Shown in pieces: positions 12,201 through 26,496 of a stretch of 64,000 bases of DNA. The stretch's first letter is position 1, and the number at the start of each line of letters is the position of its first letter. The stretch lies in NCBI GenBank assembly GCA_036172245.1, contig JAYWIR010000067.1, forward strand, positions 186,001 to 250,000, given 5' to 3'. The stretch is from Raillietiella orientalis. Its lineage: Eukaryota. The notes under the pieces were generated by a model, which searched no databases, was not told where the DNA came from, and was given only the letters and a program-made list of their open reading frames with translations. A program made the position numbers and the translations under genes.

Positions 12201-15200
12201 ACACATTCGCCTGAGGCCATCCCAATCTAAGGGGCATGAGCTTACAAGTGTCTCTTGGATTTCCTGGTTCGCTGCCGAACTGTTTGGATTTTCTTTTCTT
12301 TTTTTTTCCTTTTTTTTTTTTTGGCTTTCCTTGAGTGTTCGTGCTGAGGATGGTGCAGAGGATGGCGTGCCCAAACACTTGGCTGAATGAGGAAGCAAAT
12401 GGATGAACGCAAAACAGCGAATGCAAATATAAAGAAAAGAATGGGATTGCGGTTTTCTCGAGAATCATTTTCCCTTTCATTTCAGTTTTTCTTTTTTTTT
12501 TTTTTCGTTTTCGTTCTTTTGCGTGAGATACGAAAACTCTGCTGAATGCGAAATGACCTTTTCCTTGAATCTTCCATTCGAGCAGCAACTTTTCGCGTTC
12601 TCGTCGTTCGCAACGCTCAATTCTGCAAGCATTGAGCTTCGGTTAGCTAATTTTCGGCGTGTATTTGAAGGTCACTTGGAAGCACTTGGGCATGTTTGTG
12701 TACGTGTGCACAGGGTAGCGGCAAATTCAGAATTCGCTGAGCATGAGATTTACCGAGGCCGGTGCCGCTCTGCCGATGGTGGCAGGAGAAAGGGGCATCC
12801 AGCATCCGAGGAAACATCCGAGGGAGAGTTGCCAGTCGGAGCTGCCAGAGAAGGAAGTGGCTGACGCGATCTCCGGCTTCCGAGAATGTGGAAGCTGTGC
12901 ACATCTGTCCGACGGCTTTTAGGTCAAAGCGCCCAAGGGCAACTCGAACGGTAGACGGTGGCCAGATGGAAGTGTGAGTGTAGATGGAGTCTGCAGCAGC
13001 GTGATCATCAGATTTGCGAGTCCTTATCAGGGACCGCGTCAGCCAGCACGGGAGTTTATCCTCATCACCACCGGGAGGGGAGGAAGGGAAGACCATCCCT
13101 GCCACGCTCCTCTTCAGTTGAAAGAATTTTGCTTTCAACGACGCACATTTCTCAAAACGAAGACGGAACGTCAAAATAATGAAGGCGAAGTGGAAAGAAA
13201 TGGAATTGGTCGCAGGCAGACGAGACGGCTGCTCGACCGTACCGATTTGACGCCGCGGATAAGGGAGCGGTGGCAGATGGGAAGAGAAACTGTTTTTCCC
13301 CTTCGGGAGGCTTTCCACCCCCACCCACCCACTTTCGCGAGGAACCTGGGGGTGAGACTGGAGCGACAGAGAGGATGGTCCCTAACAGACGGAGAGATGC
13401 TCGTTGAAAAAGGGCCAGCGGAGTGCCCGTGTTGGAGTAGAGCTGCACAGCTGAGAGCGAAAGCATGCGAAAGTTGCATCTGTAGCCACGGGCCGAAGGG
13501 AACGCTGCGGCTATGAAATGGCCGAGGGGTTTTGGAACTGCAGGGCTCCGAGGCTCGCTCGAACACGGCGAAGACGAAGATTCAGGCTGAACGTGCGAAA
13601 TCTCCAAGCAGCAGATACAGAAACAGACGTCCTCCCCTCCCCCCCCCCCCCCTGAAATCCCCAACGGGTTCGTTGAGAAAAAAAAAAAATTCGGCCTCAG
13701 TCGTCACTTACCTGGGCAACGAATGCACGTCTGCGGAAACATAATGACACTTGACAAAAGCGTCGCGTTTCCTCTCCCCCTCCCTCCCTCCCTCCCTCCT
13801 CCTCCTCCTCCCCCTACTCCTACTCCTCCCTGCTCTTAAAAATAACTAACTGGTGACGGTACGGATAACTCGTTATCAGCAGATAAACGAAAGGCGTCGT
13901 TTCCATCCCTCGAAAGATTGCGCGGCCCGCAGCCTGCGATTAGATAAGAATCGAAATGGAAGCGCGGGCACCTTCTTTGGTGTCCTGCTAAACCGAGAGG
14001 GAAAAAAAGGAAAGGAGGAAAAAAAAAAAAAAAGGGAAAAACAGGAAGGAAGGTGCATGGTCGCTGCAAAGAAGAAGCCAGCTGGCAGAGTCGGGATGAA
14101 TCGCCTCCGTCTCCGGTCAGCGGCAAAAGGAGCTGTCTGCGCGGAGTCCGGCGGCTCGGCGTTTCGCAGCGTCCCTTCACCCCTTCTTCGCGAGCCCTTT
14201 TTTTTCGGCTGCCTCGTCCTCGGCGCCCGGCAGCTCAGCTTCTTGGTCATTAGGAAAGGAGGAACCAGGGAGGGGGAGGGAGGCGAGGAGAAGAGATGGA
14301 AGATAAAAACCGCCCACGCACGCTCACATGCGAAAGGGGTGGGTGTGAGGGTGTTCGCTTCCCAACGTTGCGAGATTTCGCGAGGTGCGCCCGCAGGCTC
14401 CCACCGTGACCCCTACAAGCGCATCCCCTTCGAGCAAAGCCGCGCGCCGAGCGAGCAAGGCGAACGGCTGTCGTCGATCGCAGGACGTGAACTCCGCAAT
14501 TCCCTCGAAACTTCCCGGAGTGCGCTCGCAACGATGTTCACCCGTTCTTCGCGAGAGACGCAGCGGCGTCCGCATCTCTCTTTTCCCTCCTTCTTTCTCG
14601 ACCCACCCCGTCCGTCTTGCGAAATACCTGGTGGAGGGAACTGAGACGGCCACGGCGGCAGTGGCTGACTTGCAGAATGCCTAGGGCAAAGGAACGCGTT
14701 GGGCCACGAGGCGCCGCACCGGACATGGAGTCGGTGGGGGTCCACACGGAGCACTCCCGTTCCAGAGAACGAAGCAGAATGCAAGAGGGCAGGAAGGACA
14801 CGCCCTCCATACCAGAGTGCAGGGATGCATCGCGATCTTTCTGAGGAGGAGGAGGTGTCGCAGAGGAGTTGGGAGTTCACCCGCACATCCACGAAGTCAG
14901 GACGTGCGGTCGCGACCCCGATCAGGAGTTTGAGCATGCCCACACCTCCATCACCCAGTCCCTGTTTGTGCCCCTGACATCCCTGCTTCTCCGAAGACAG
15001 GAACCATCCCCTCAGTACGATGGCGCGGGCGTCCTGGGAGTGAAGGCAGAGCGCGCGCGTGCGATGACAGCGGTCGCGTCCGTCTATGGCCGCTCTTCCT
15101 CGGCATCTGTCAAAGGGGTCAGAGACTGCGAGACGCGGACGAAGGACTGAGAGAGACGGGGGAGGGAGAAAGTGGAAAAAGAAGGGATCAGGGAGAGAAG

Positions 15201-18200
15201 AAAGGACACGCGTGCACTTCCGGATGCTTCCGCCGTGCCGGTCGGCATGCAGGACGCCATCCATCGAAGTCGTGGAAAGTACGGGGGCGGAGGGATGAGG
15301 AGAAAGAAAGGGGAGGAGCGTTTGGCGATTTCATAGAAGCCAAAGGCACCCTAAGGTCCGCGCAAGGTCGCCATCCTGAGGCTTCCCGACGGCTCCCGAA
15401 CCAGGGATGCACTGCCCGCGTCTTCGAAAAAGGAAAGGAGAACACGACGGAGGAGGATCGAGGACCCGCAGCTGCGAGAGCGGGCACGAAGGAGACAGCC
15501 ATCAGGAGAGAGCCAAGGCTTGCATCCTCTTCATTCTCCTCTTGGAGAAGGTCCGCTTCGTGCGCGTTCGCGCGTCCACCTTGATTTCCTCCTTGCGGTC
15601 GTTCCCTCTCCTCACCCGTCCGCTCCTGACAACGGAAGGTGCACGTTGCCCTGCCGTCGGCGCCTCTCTCACAGCGCGCGAGCATGCACGCGTGCGTTGC
15701 GATGGCACTCAGAAGTCCAAAGTTTCCCCCTCTCTCCAGATGGCGAGGGAGGGGAGGCAAGGCTGGCGCAGAGAGCCGAATTTCTTCTGCGCGACTGGCA
15801 ACCAACCCTGTTCGGTTTTCGGTCACCAAGCGTTGCGGCGGCACGGCTTGCTGTGTCGGCCCTTTCGCGTCTCCGCCTCCGCGCTTCAAGCCGAGGTTGC
15901 CCCTCGCATGCGATGTCGGCTGGCTGCCCGCCCTGCTGACGACGAAATCGAAACCGTTGGCAACCGATAGCAACGCAGGCACATTGTTGCTTCCATTGTA
16001 GCGCGATGTGTTGCTCGCTCTCTTCGCATCAGCGCATGGAGCTATTTTTGCGGAAGAAGCGCACCGTCTCCAACGAACAGCTCCCTGGAAACCCGGAAAC
16101 TCGGCCGCAGCGCTCATCCAGGCAGGCGCGAAAAAACAAAAAAGAGGAACGAGTCAAGGAAGAGGAAACGGAAGCTCGCGCTCCCGTGCCTTCCTCCAGG
16201 ATGCTCGCAACCAAGGAGGCGAGTCTACCGCGATTTCCTACAGAAAGAAGTCTTTCCTTTCGTCCACCCGCAGCTTTCTCCCGTTCCCCAGGGCAACAAG
16301 GCCCGACTGTGCCACCCCGCGCAGTTGCCACCGCAACGCGGAGAAATGAGTGCTGAATACGCCCCTCTCGTTCACGTGGTCCGGTTAGGCTTCCACACAG
16401 CTCGGGAGTTTCGTTCGTTTCCCCTTATGCGGCCACAGAAAGGACCCGAGCAACAGCAGAAAAAGTTCTTCCCAGACTGTTGCTGCGCAATTGGCAGCTG
16501 CCAGCAGCATTTTTCTTTCCGTCGAAAACGAAAATCCGCAAAAGATTCCCTGCAATTATAGAGAGCTTTTCGAAAGGAAGCAGCAGCAGAGGTGCTTCTA
16601 CGTGAGCAATTCCTCCTCATTCCGAACGTAGCGTCTTGACCTCCCTCGCAGGAACAGCGTCTACGGTTTCAGAGACCTTTTCGGCTTTATGAAAACGGTC
16701 ACCATCCAACAGATTGCAGCTGTTTTTCGTGGGGGATTGTCAGGAAACCTTTGAATCTACTGAAACACCAACACCGCACACGAGATCGTTTCCGCACACG
16801 AGATTTTCGGCTTTGTCGGCACTCCGGAGTGCATCGGCAACACGTGATCAAAGAGGAAAGAGAAAAAAGGGAAAGTTTGGAAGGAAGGAAGGAACGTGAG
16901 CTTCTGGGGGTTTCAGAGCGACGGCGGAAAAGTTCTTTCCAGACTGTTGCCACGCAAGCGATGCGGCTACGCTTTCGGTCGCCGTCGGCCCGCTTCCGCT
17001 TCCTGTTTCCACGGTGCCTTCCCGAAGCGGGACAGAATCGGGGACGCCCATGAAAAGCGCACCAGCTTCGGTGGATCCTCGAAGTCCCGATCTTCAAACC
17101 GGGTACCGGACAAGGTGGCTTGGGTTTGGCCGAGCGGCGGAAGAAGCAGGCAACGCGTGCTCTCGCGTGCGTCCACGCGCGTAACCACGGAAACGCCGCT
17201 TTCCCGTGCGCCACGCATGCGCGTGCAGCGCGCGGAACTCGAGTCTTCCCCGCACAGCTTTTGTCGCACTTCGGACGTGCTCTTCCTCGCTCGGGAGCGA
17301 GCCGCATCTGAAGGTCCCGGACGTGTCCGACCCGGAGGAGGTTGGCAAGAGACACCCTGCATGCGTGCTCACGTGGGCCGAACCCTTTATTTACGTGAGG
17401 TAATGTGTAGCAGGAGTACGCACATATAAAAGCGAATCGCGGGGAATGAAATGGCAAGCTGCCCAACACACGCAATTGTCCGCTTTGGTAGCCCAACCGC
17501 ACATTTCTCGTGCTGATCGTCCTTCCGGTGTATTTCCCTTGAGGGAAGGGCAGCCCGCGCGACTTTCCCGTGTACACTGGCATGGGGAACTGCCATGTGC
17601 CGAAACGATTCTCGTATAGCTTGCAACGAGATGCTCCCACCGCCATGTAGTAGTATACGTACACGTACAGATGAAGCAGTCTGTCTATTAATATATCGCT
17701 ACCTGGGAATACGGATCGAAGTAACGCTCACCGTCTCCGTGAGCTGAGGGTTTCCCCTTCGTGTGTACGTCCTGCCAAGAACACAAGAATAACAATAGGA
17801 CACGTAGACTCCGGGAAGAAGAAGGAGAAAAAACCATCGCGCGAGCTATTTTGGAGAAGGATATATATATATTTACTGTGTATGCGGCTGAAGAAGAAAT
17901 ATGTTATTTTTACTTCCAGAAAAATAATTGATCAGCAAAAGCAAATCCTCCCTCCCCCCCCCCTTCGTTCCAGCGCCTCCCCGCTGCTGCACGCGAAACG
18001 AGGAAAGCCTAGGAGAGTCCGACGGGAAAGAGCAACAATCGCGATCCATAAATAGCAGTTTTATTTATGGAGCTCATTGTTGAGGGTACTTTCCTCCGCT
18101 GGCAGGCTTGCGTATAATGGAACAGCAGGTGCAACAGGAGCTTCACACGCAAAGTGCAGAAGCAAAGAAAACGAAGGCGTCGTGAATGCCCGTTTCTGCC

Positions 18201-21200
18201 GGTAAGTTTCTTGGATTAATTTGGCCGCATAGGTTCACCCCCTCCCCTTCCCCTGCAGCGTGCGGATTCTTTTCCCCCCTTCCCTATCATTTTGCGAGGT
18301 TAAAGGGGGAAGCGAGATTCGACGCAAACCACGGAATCGAACCGCATAGAAACGCGATCTATCTGCATTTCGTCCCAGGCACGCTTCGTGCGTATTCTCC
18401 GCCCTTTCGGAGGAAACCTCCTGGAGCTTTCGCGAACGGCACCTGCAGCGTCTGAAGCCATGCTGCAGTGAAGGCTTCCCTCACAGCAGCCAAGCATGCG
18501 CTTCCGAGAGAACATCGGACAGAACACCCTCTCAGGTTCCAGGAGCTATCCTCATCCAGGAGAACAACCGTCACTCAAATAGTCTCTTTGGATTCAGGCT
18601 GCTAGAAAACGCGTGGATTAGGGAGCAGAGAGGGAGGAGCGGGGGAAGGAGGGGAAGGAACAGTGCCTTGCTGATGGAGAGAAGGTAAGCCCAGAAACCC
18701 GGAAGGGAAGAGGCTTTTCTGAGGAGCAGAAGATTCTTTCCTTCCCCATGAGAACGATGAGAAAGTCTTCCCGGGATACAGGGGTTCCAGCCGCTCCGCT
18801 CAGCAAGCGCGAAGCCAGCTTCCAGGACGTTGCTCCTTGACGGAGGAGAGCATCCATTCGGTTAACCTGGATATCCGGTTAACCGAATGGAGTTGCCAGT
18901 TTTCTCTTCTTTCTTTCCTTTTTTTTTTTTTTTTTTGTGAGGAAGGGATAGATGCAATAAACTCAGGGCTCACGGAGTGAAGATAGGAAAGGGAACACCT
19001 CAGAGGTTGGTTTCGTACACACCTTTCTCTCACGTGCTTGTGCTTCCAATGACCACCACAGGGAGAAAAGCAGGCTGTCCTCCTGTACGCACACCGGTGG
19101 CCGGCTTTGCGAATAGTTCCGCCTGACTCCCACTCTTCGCCTTCCAAATTCGACCTCCGCTGAGTCACTGCCCTGAGAGCCTTCAGAATCAACTAGGAGG
19201 ACTCAGCCAGAGGGGGGAAGGATGGAGAGATGAGCCATCAGGTGAGCAGGGAAGATTTTCAGAGGGAGTCGCGCTTGAGAAAATCACCAAGAGGGGAGAA
19301 AAAGCAAAAAGTCCAAAGCACAAAGGGGAAAAAAGGAAATTGTGGTATGGGATCGTCCTCATGATCAGCCTGCGTTTCGCACCGGGGATGAGCTAATACT
19401 GACGGCGAGGAGAGGGAGAAAAGTGGGATCCGGTAGGAAGCGATCTCAGGATATGCATGAGTCCTTGCGGAGTGCCAACGAAACCGCCCCTCCCGCCTCT
19501 TGCAATGCTGCTCCTTTCCCATCACAACCATATCTCTCCGCTTTTCTCTATCCTAGGATGCCTCTGACAAAAAGCATCCTAATCGCGCTCCATCCGAGAG
19601 GGACGAGGGCGTTCACCCGTCTCATCTCTGAAACCGAGACCCCTTCTCACACCCTACTTGACTTCTCTGCAAAGGTACTTTTCCCGAGAAAACAACAAAG
19701 CGATGACACGCACCTATCTTTCTTTTCCTCTCAGGGGCACATGCAACACTTGCCATGCCAAATCATTAGGTCCAGGAGTGCCTCAATCTGTAGGCGGGAA
19801 GTAAACAAGAGGAAGGGAGACGATTTGAGGAAGGGGATAGAGAGAGCGGAGAGAAAAACAAAAGGACCTTCATGCCAGGACTCACCTGGCCAAGCTGTTG
19901 GCGGCGGACTCCGTTGCAAGGACGGACGTCCTTCGGGTGAGCCACGCTCTCCTAGTGGTGGAGGTTGCCACCTCCAAGGATTACCATCACCATCCCGGTA
20001 CTCTGGAGGGGACATGGGCCGCTTTCTCCCCACTGTCCTTTCCAGGGATTTCCACATGCCTTCTAGCTCGCGAACTGCATCCTCGAAATCCTGGAAGCTG
20101 TTGCTCCCCCTTGGGAAGGAGGGCACTCCTCCAGGTGGCGACTTCCGAGAGCAGGAATGAGCGAGCGAACGTTCGTCCTGGCAGCGGCGCCGGAGGCGGG
20201 CAGATTCCACAAGGAGGGACGCCGGTCGGCGTGTAGGAGGGGGAGACGGTCCTTCCTCGAGGAGGAGAGAGGAAGAAGAAGGCCGATGGGCTTCCCACGC
20301 GGGGAAGGGACCTCCTTCTCCCGGAAAGCAGTCAGAAGACACCCCGGCGAGTCTGTTCCTCGGGTTGCGGGGAGGAGGCTCAGGGGCTTGGCAGGAGACC
20401 AGACGTCCGGCCTTCCTTACCCTTATCCGAGGAGGCGATGGAGACCGATCGAGGTGTCCCCACGCCTCCGAAGAGCGACCCCTAAGAAGCGCAGGAGCAC
20501 GGTTGCAGCGACGGCGAGGGCTCATGTTCTCCTCCGAGGAGCTCGAGGACGGACACCTTTGGCTGCGGGTGAATGTCCCTGGCACCTGGCGGCGCATCCC
20601 CGAAACATCGCCGTCAAAGCCGCCTCCGCGAGCGCGTCCTTCCCGGGACTTCCTTTCCTCGTAGCGCAAAGTACGCGCCATCCGGGAGCGAGGATTTCCG
20701 TGACGGAGAAGGACTTCGCCCCCGGGGCTGCCGCCTCCACCGCCTTCTGAAGAAGGAGTCCTAGGCGCTTTTTCTAGGTTAGGCATATCCTGCCACAGCG
20801 AGGTGAGCGGAGAAGAGATGGGTCCACCACCTGAGCATCCTTTCGTCTGATTTCCCCCTCCTGTAAGAGAGCTCCGGGTATGACTGCTCCCCGGGGAGGC
20901 AGCGGATTCCGCCGAGGAGAGAGCCTTCTGCAGCAGCTGCTGCCGAAAGTAGTCGTTGGGAACACGGACGCTCGCCTGGCGACCTGCAGCATCCCCGTCA
21001 CTAGAGGGTCCCTTTGCAGCCCTCTCGAAACGCGTCTTTCGGAAGAGGCCGCTCGGGAACCACCTGCGGCAGCTCTTCACCTTGCGCCCTCCATCCAAAC
21101 CCTCAGTTGCAGCTTGGGCGCAGCGCGGTAGAGTTTCTGCCTTCTTGATGCCCGTGGGGGCAGCCACCGACGATGCCACTGAGGTGAACTGCTGCACGTA

Positions 21201-21296
21201 GCTGCGGAGGGCCTCCCGGAAGCCTAGCCTCCCACTTCGAGGAGTATGGGGCCGAGTCCGGAGTCCGCTAACAGACGGCGCGTTCTCGGAATGCAT
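3243..21296 (-). CDS. Svil: Supervillin-like protein, N-terminal part; multi-exon, 3' end not found in window
   Basis: Phase-compatible GT-AG exons: 21296-19886, 10614-10526, 10371-9693, 9648-9153, 9105-9005, 3696-3505, 3444-3243. Extra exons in between are possible. Motifs recalled from arthropod supervillin N-termini: repeated [GSP]ILKK, VSVREKIDMFN and SQRFVTQPVT..E. Gelsolin repeats and the headpiece are not seen, so identity rests on the motifs only. Confidence 0.6.
3915..3959. repeat. Compound (TA)n(GA)n microsatellite
   Basis: Read directly from the sequence. Confidence 0.85.
6260..7350 (+). mobile_element. Possible highly decayed piggyBac-like transposase remnant
   Basis: Short motifs in the expected order but in different ORFs: LGVNWAGTLRPN (GTxRxN), VTV...EPFGFVAR, TGGVDLAE (GGVD) and AHNSFI. 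No TTAA-flanked terminal repeats identified. Confidence 0.3.
9005..10614 (-). CDS. Cluster of four coding exons of the supervillin-like gene, including the ILKK-repeat exon
   Basis: Exons 10614-10526, 10371-9693, 9648-9153 and 9105-9005 join into one open frame across introns of 154, 44 and 47 nt. They correspond to track ORFs 9616..10287, 9149..9595 and part of 8610..9122. Confidence 0.85.
19886..21296 (-). CDS. Large, probably first coding exon (about 470 aa, Ser/Arg/Pro-rich, low complexity) of the supervillin-like gene
   Basis: Part of the 521-aa ORF 19731..21296. An acceptor TTTTCTTCCAG lies just upstream (~21339). The donor CCAG|GTGAGT at 19886/19885 is phase 1 and joins in frame to the exon starting at 10614 (..TAWP-D-GLSADRK..). 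Confidence 0.65.
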
Positions 21297-22090
21297 CCTG
21301 GAAGCTCAAGTCGCTCCTCATCCTGCCGTGGATGCCATCTGGAAGAAAATGCTAGTCAGTCATATGTGGCATTGCATCCGCCTCTGCAAGCGAACGCAGA
21401 ACGATGAGCGAAGCGAAAGGCGTCGAGAGCAGCAAGGAGTCTGAAGAGTCCACTCGCTTTCTCCAGAAGCACGGAACGCCCACGCGAGGGATGAGAAAAG
21501 AGGAGCGAACAGAGAGTTCGTCAGGCGCCCCACCTGGAAGGACGCTCCTTGCAGGACAACGACGAGGACTTGTTGATTCTCTCCGTGTCGATTCGGAACG
21601 GTGCTCTCTCTTTCCAGAAAGACTTCCGGTGGAGAGATTAGTAGACGGCACCTACCGAGATAATTCCGTCCCCTATTGGTAGAAGCACACCTTCCGAGAC
21701 CACTGGGAGGGTGTTACAGCTCAGATGCATGAGACGGGAAGCACGAATATTCAAAGCATCCGGAAGTCTCAGACTATTTGCTAGCGAGAAAACCCACCCT
21801 ACCAAGAAATGCCATCTTTCCTCATTCCCTGGGAGGTAGAGAAACGCTTGCAAGGTCCGCACCCCACCCGAGGAAGTGAAGGGAGGAAGCCTCAGATGAA
21901 ATATCTACAGCTTCGTTCTCTTTCCCAACTCTGCGCCAGCTGGAAGTCAAGAGCCAGCGGAGACCAGAAGCAGCACCCTCTCGTGTTCCTCTACCTTCCT
22001 GGATAGAAATGGGACTCTCAGAAGGAAACCGAGAAACTTGAAAAAAACCAGACGACGCAGGGGGCTGAGTCCATGTGAAGAAACCAGGAA

Positions 22091-22135
22091 TTTGCTAACA
22101 TAGATTTTTGCTAACATGGTTTGCTAACATAGATT
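22091..22135. repeat. Short tandem triplication of TTTGCTAACATRG
   Basis: tttgctaacatagattt / ttgctaacatggt / ttgctaacatagatt, read directly. Confidence 0.8.
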
Positions 22136-25100
22136 CGAGAGTTGTGCACGGAAACATCTTTCAAACGGTCAGAGAAACCAGGAACTGAGTGGAATGCAGT
22201 CCGCATGGAACAGCGAGGAGTCAGAGACCTGAATTCGCAGCAGATGCGTTCTTCTACGCACGTTAGTAGAAAGCAGACAGGGCCCGTGTGTCCACTTGGT
22301 TAGGATGTAAGACAGTCCGTCGTTTCCTTTTCGCCGCTGCTCACTCCTTTCATCTGAAAGAACCCTCAGCCCCTCTGCTGGCTCCCTCTGCCCTCCTCCT
22401 CTCTATCTCTGCTCCCTTGCTTGGAGCATGCACGTGCGTTCAGCTTACTCCACCCGCAACGACTATTGGTGAATGAGGGGCACTGGGGGTTGACGCGTGT
22501 GTATCGCCATCTTAGAAAGAGGAAGGAAGGGAAGGAGAATGGGAAGAATCCGACTCTTAGAGATCCAGAGCGGCAGATCACTTCGATAACCCGCCAGCTT
22601 TCCTGAAAGCCATCCAATGTGCTGGCACAGACAAGTCCATGCGAGGAACACGCCCGCAAGCAGGCAGGAAGTCTGGGGGCGGAGGCTCGTCCGCCAGGCA
22701 CGAGCGCCATGCACGCACGCGCGCTCCTAAACGGGAGCAAAGCGAGCCTCGCATCCCACGGCGACGCTTCCCGATTCCAGGAGTCAGGAAGCCTTCTCGA
22801 TCAGCTTGCCGGAAGCTCCGAGGATCATCCGGGAAAGCACTGTATTCCACGGTTACGGGATCGTTGACTACCGGACCCGAAGGAGAGGGGAGGGAAAAAG
22901 TGCGTCGACAGAAATGTAGGCGGCTGCTGTTCAGTCGTGTTTCAGAAAACTCGAGGGAAGCCTTCTGAAAAACGGAAGCGGTACGGGTTGTCTTGGGAGA
23001 TATGAGAGCTCGCCCAACCATCGTATTCTTTTGTTTTTGCTCTTCGGTCTAGCTTCGCCGCTGCGGTCTCCACCCTTTCAATTTTCTCATCCGGGAAAAG
23101 CGGAAGGTCTGCATCTGGAGATAAACGGCCGGCAGCCTTTCTTTCGAAGGCGCACCAGCGGCGCGTTGTCCGACAGGAGGACGGGGGTGGGGTGGTGGCA
23201 AAGTGCGCCATCCGGCAGCAGACAGTGAGGTCTTGTGGTCATGTGCTCGCGCGAGCGAAGAGGAGCGGAGAACGGACAAAAGGCAAAGCGGGTATGCAAA
23301 GGGAGCTGGTATGAGTGGTAGAGCGCGTCTCCGACAGGTCATTAGGAATGCCCGCATCCTAGGGTCGGCGCGCTAGGGTCCCCCGCTCGCCGAAGAAGAA
23401 GCGAGAGGAAATAAAAAGTGGTGGATAACCGCGCGCACCCGGCCGTCCTTACAACGGAGAGTCGCGATTCGGGAACGTTCCAGCAGCACGCCGGGAATTA
23501 GCCACCCAGATTTTTCGAAATAACGCAGGGTTCTTGAATTACAAAAAGTGGGACACCAGTGCCTCACTTCACTGTTGTATTTACCTCTCTCGAAAGCTGA
23601 GAATAATCAAGCAAACAGTCGGGATCGGAGATGCGACCTGCGAAAGGGGGACTCGCGAAGGGGTTTGCTGACCGGTCACTCGGATTCCTTCCGTTTTTCC
23701 GGCTGCAACCAATGCAAAAAGTGAGGCTTTGATCAGGACTGTCTTCTGCAGAAAGAATGGTAGCTTTCTGCGGCAGAAAAGTCTGGGTGACTTTGCGGTA
23801 TTGATGCCAGGGGTCGCTGATTCCATCGCGCACTCAAAGAACTAACAACACGCATTCAAGAGGTACTTTTCGTTTTCCCTCAAGTGCGCTTATGTCTTTT
23901 CCTTTCTTCTCTCTCTTTTTTCTGCGCTAGCATCCTTTCGAGCTAAACATCTCAGCCGCTGTGCCTTTCTGACGGAAAGAGAAGGACGAAGCAGAAATGA
24001 GCGCTTTACTCATAAAGGAACGCACACGAGCATCCCGCAGGATGCTTTTGCGGGGGAGATTGCAGAAGGAGCAGACAAAGCGGGAAGACTCATTTCGTTT
24101 TCCTGCCTGCGAACAGCCGCTGGTTTCATTATTATCCGCCTCCGGAAGAGAGACCCAGTGAGGAGGGGGACCACTCCAGATTTCCGTGGTCCCGGTCTCG
24201 GGATGCCTGTAGCTTCGCTGAAGGTCCCGAAGAGAAGTAATTCGCAAGCGGACGCCTCACGCTTCCATCAGCGAGCACTCACTTCGTGGGCCCAGAAACT
24301 TGAGGCTCCAATACAAATGAACGCGTACACATAGAACAACGTACGCACGAAACAGTGGAGAGGCATCCAGGCATGAGGGTTCCAAGAAAGCAAATGAAGC
24401 CGAGAGATCTCTCTTCCGAGAGTCTTTACTGTGCACGGATGTCAGAACGGAACACGAAATCACGCGCGGCAGTTGGTTTTGCTGACAAACGGATGCTCTC
24501 ACCTTTGATCACGGTCGTCGCCAGCCCAGGAGATAAAAAATCCATCCCATCACCAGAGCACAGTTTTCCAACTCCGCTCACAGAATTCTTGGAAAGGGGG
24601 GAAAAAGCACCCTACACATGGTGAACCGTGCGCGTCGTCATTCGAAGAGACAGAAAGAATCACTCACATACGATTACCATATAAGTGACTGAGGTAACAG
24701 CGGAGCGCGCGCGAACGAGCTCCCCCTTACTGCTAGTGCCAGTGATTTTCCTCTTAACGGAAGCTGCATGTGAGTACATCTTTTAATTACACAATTAACG
24801 GATGAAAGACATGCACCTCTGAATTTACACCTCAGTCACGGGATTCACGCAAGAAATCCGTTCCCGAACAGGAACCCAGCGTTGGCACCTGGTGCTCAGG
24901 TTTGGGGGGGGGGGGACTCCGCAAACAGGATGACCTTTTGCTTGATAGCGACGTCTCCTCCCTATCCACTGGCTTCGAATATTCCGTCATTTCGATCTTC
25001 TCAGGCAACCGCCTTTTCTTTTTCCTTTTTTTTTAAAAAAAAAAAAAAGGGGGCGGGGAGGAGGGGGGAAGGAGGGAATGAAGTTGCACACGGCGCAGAA

Positions 25101-26496
25101 ACGGATGAATGCAGTTGATCGGGAATTCACACATTCAAGAACACGTACATACCACGCGGATCGGAATTTCGGACGACACACATGTGAAACGCGACTGTGA
25201 GAAGTGCAAAATTAAAATCTTACTTGAATAGTTATCCTCTCACGGTGCTTGGGGAACTGAGGAAGAGCAAACTCAGGCCAATACGCGCAATCCCTCGAAA
25301 ATCATTATCACAAGTAATCCCATACATGAAAAAGGATTGCTTTCTAATAAGGAACGAATCACGGATTTTAAGATTGGGCGCAACTGTAAAAAGACTGAAA
25401 TAGTTTCCCATGTTGGCAACCTTCCTGACGGCGGTGCCGAATAGACACTCGGGCGAATTGCGTGAAGAGTTGGAGGAGCAGCCGCGGAATCTCGGGAAGG
25501 GGGCGAGCCGACGGTTGCTGCCTGGGATCGAACCACCAAACAGGCCGTCATCACCTTCAGCCGGTGGACTGATTGTGTCCGAAACGAGTCCTTGGTGCCT
25601 CCAAGGCGTCGTGCCATCGCAAACAAATGTTGTTGGACAAGCACCTCGTTTCGAGCGAACGTACTTCCCACGTACGGCGTACCAATCGGATGGGGCAAAT
25701 ACACTTTCCTTTTGGGAGTCATTTTGCCATGCCTTGTCCTGTACGGCCATGTTTTTACCTTTATGTAGCTTTCAGGCGCACGGGGAAAAGCAACCGAACG
25801 AAAATCTCAGCTTTCCCTACTCATCGCGAAAAGTTTCAGGAGAAACGGCCGATTATCGTCCACATGGAAAACAACGCGAGAAATCTTCACCGTGGTTATA
25901 ATCAGTCCACACGCAACTACCATTCACAGGCTCCACCCATAAGCCATCCACTTTTATTCCTGCTCAAACTGATCGCCAGCCAGGAAAGCAAATGAGCCAA
26001 ATTTTTTGCTTCGGAGGTTCAAAGGACGAACAAAAGGAATTTATGATACAACCAAACCCAAAGGGGATAGGAAGTTTTCCACCAAGTTGCTTCAGATTTT
26101 GCGTCAAACTTCCAGCACACCTTGCAGTGGGTCAATCATTCGACGTTTCCATCTGATGCAAGAACCTTTACAAGTAACAGCTCAAACACATGCAATCAAA
26201 ACACCTTTCTTCTTGGGACAATCTCACTGTCCTTCAGGCAATCAAGACAGGTTCCAGCAGTGCTGGGACTGTCTCGAGCAACCTCCTTCTGGTATAAAAC
26301 AGGGTTTGCAGAGTCTTCTGCCCATTGTCTACCCTGAAGTTTTCACTTGCATGAAGTTTTTTTCTCTTCTAACGGGAAAGCATATAATGACGAAAGGTGG
26401 AACAAAGAATATTGGACAGCAAAATCAGGAGTAAAAACACAACATATTATTACAAAATCTTTACTGTGAATCATATCTGACTCCTTGTTTACAACA

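Noticed and set aside
14900..15060. GDGGVGMLKL on the - strand resembles the L1 'GGLG' motif
   Set aside because: Single weak motif with no supporting RT or CCHC motifs nearby.
11000..19800. Many overlapping 100-320 aa ORFs on both strands
   Set aside because: GC-rich intronic DNA with homopolymer and microsatellite runs; no recognisable domains or consistent splice structure.
22091..22135. Short repeats considered as a CRISPR-like or other spaced array
   Set aside because: Only three near-adjacent units with no unique spacers, in a eukaryotic context; no such array was seen anywhere in the window.
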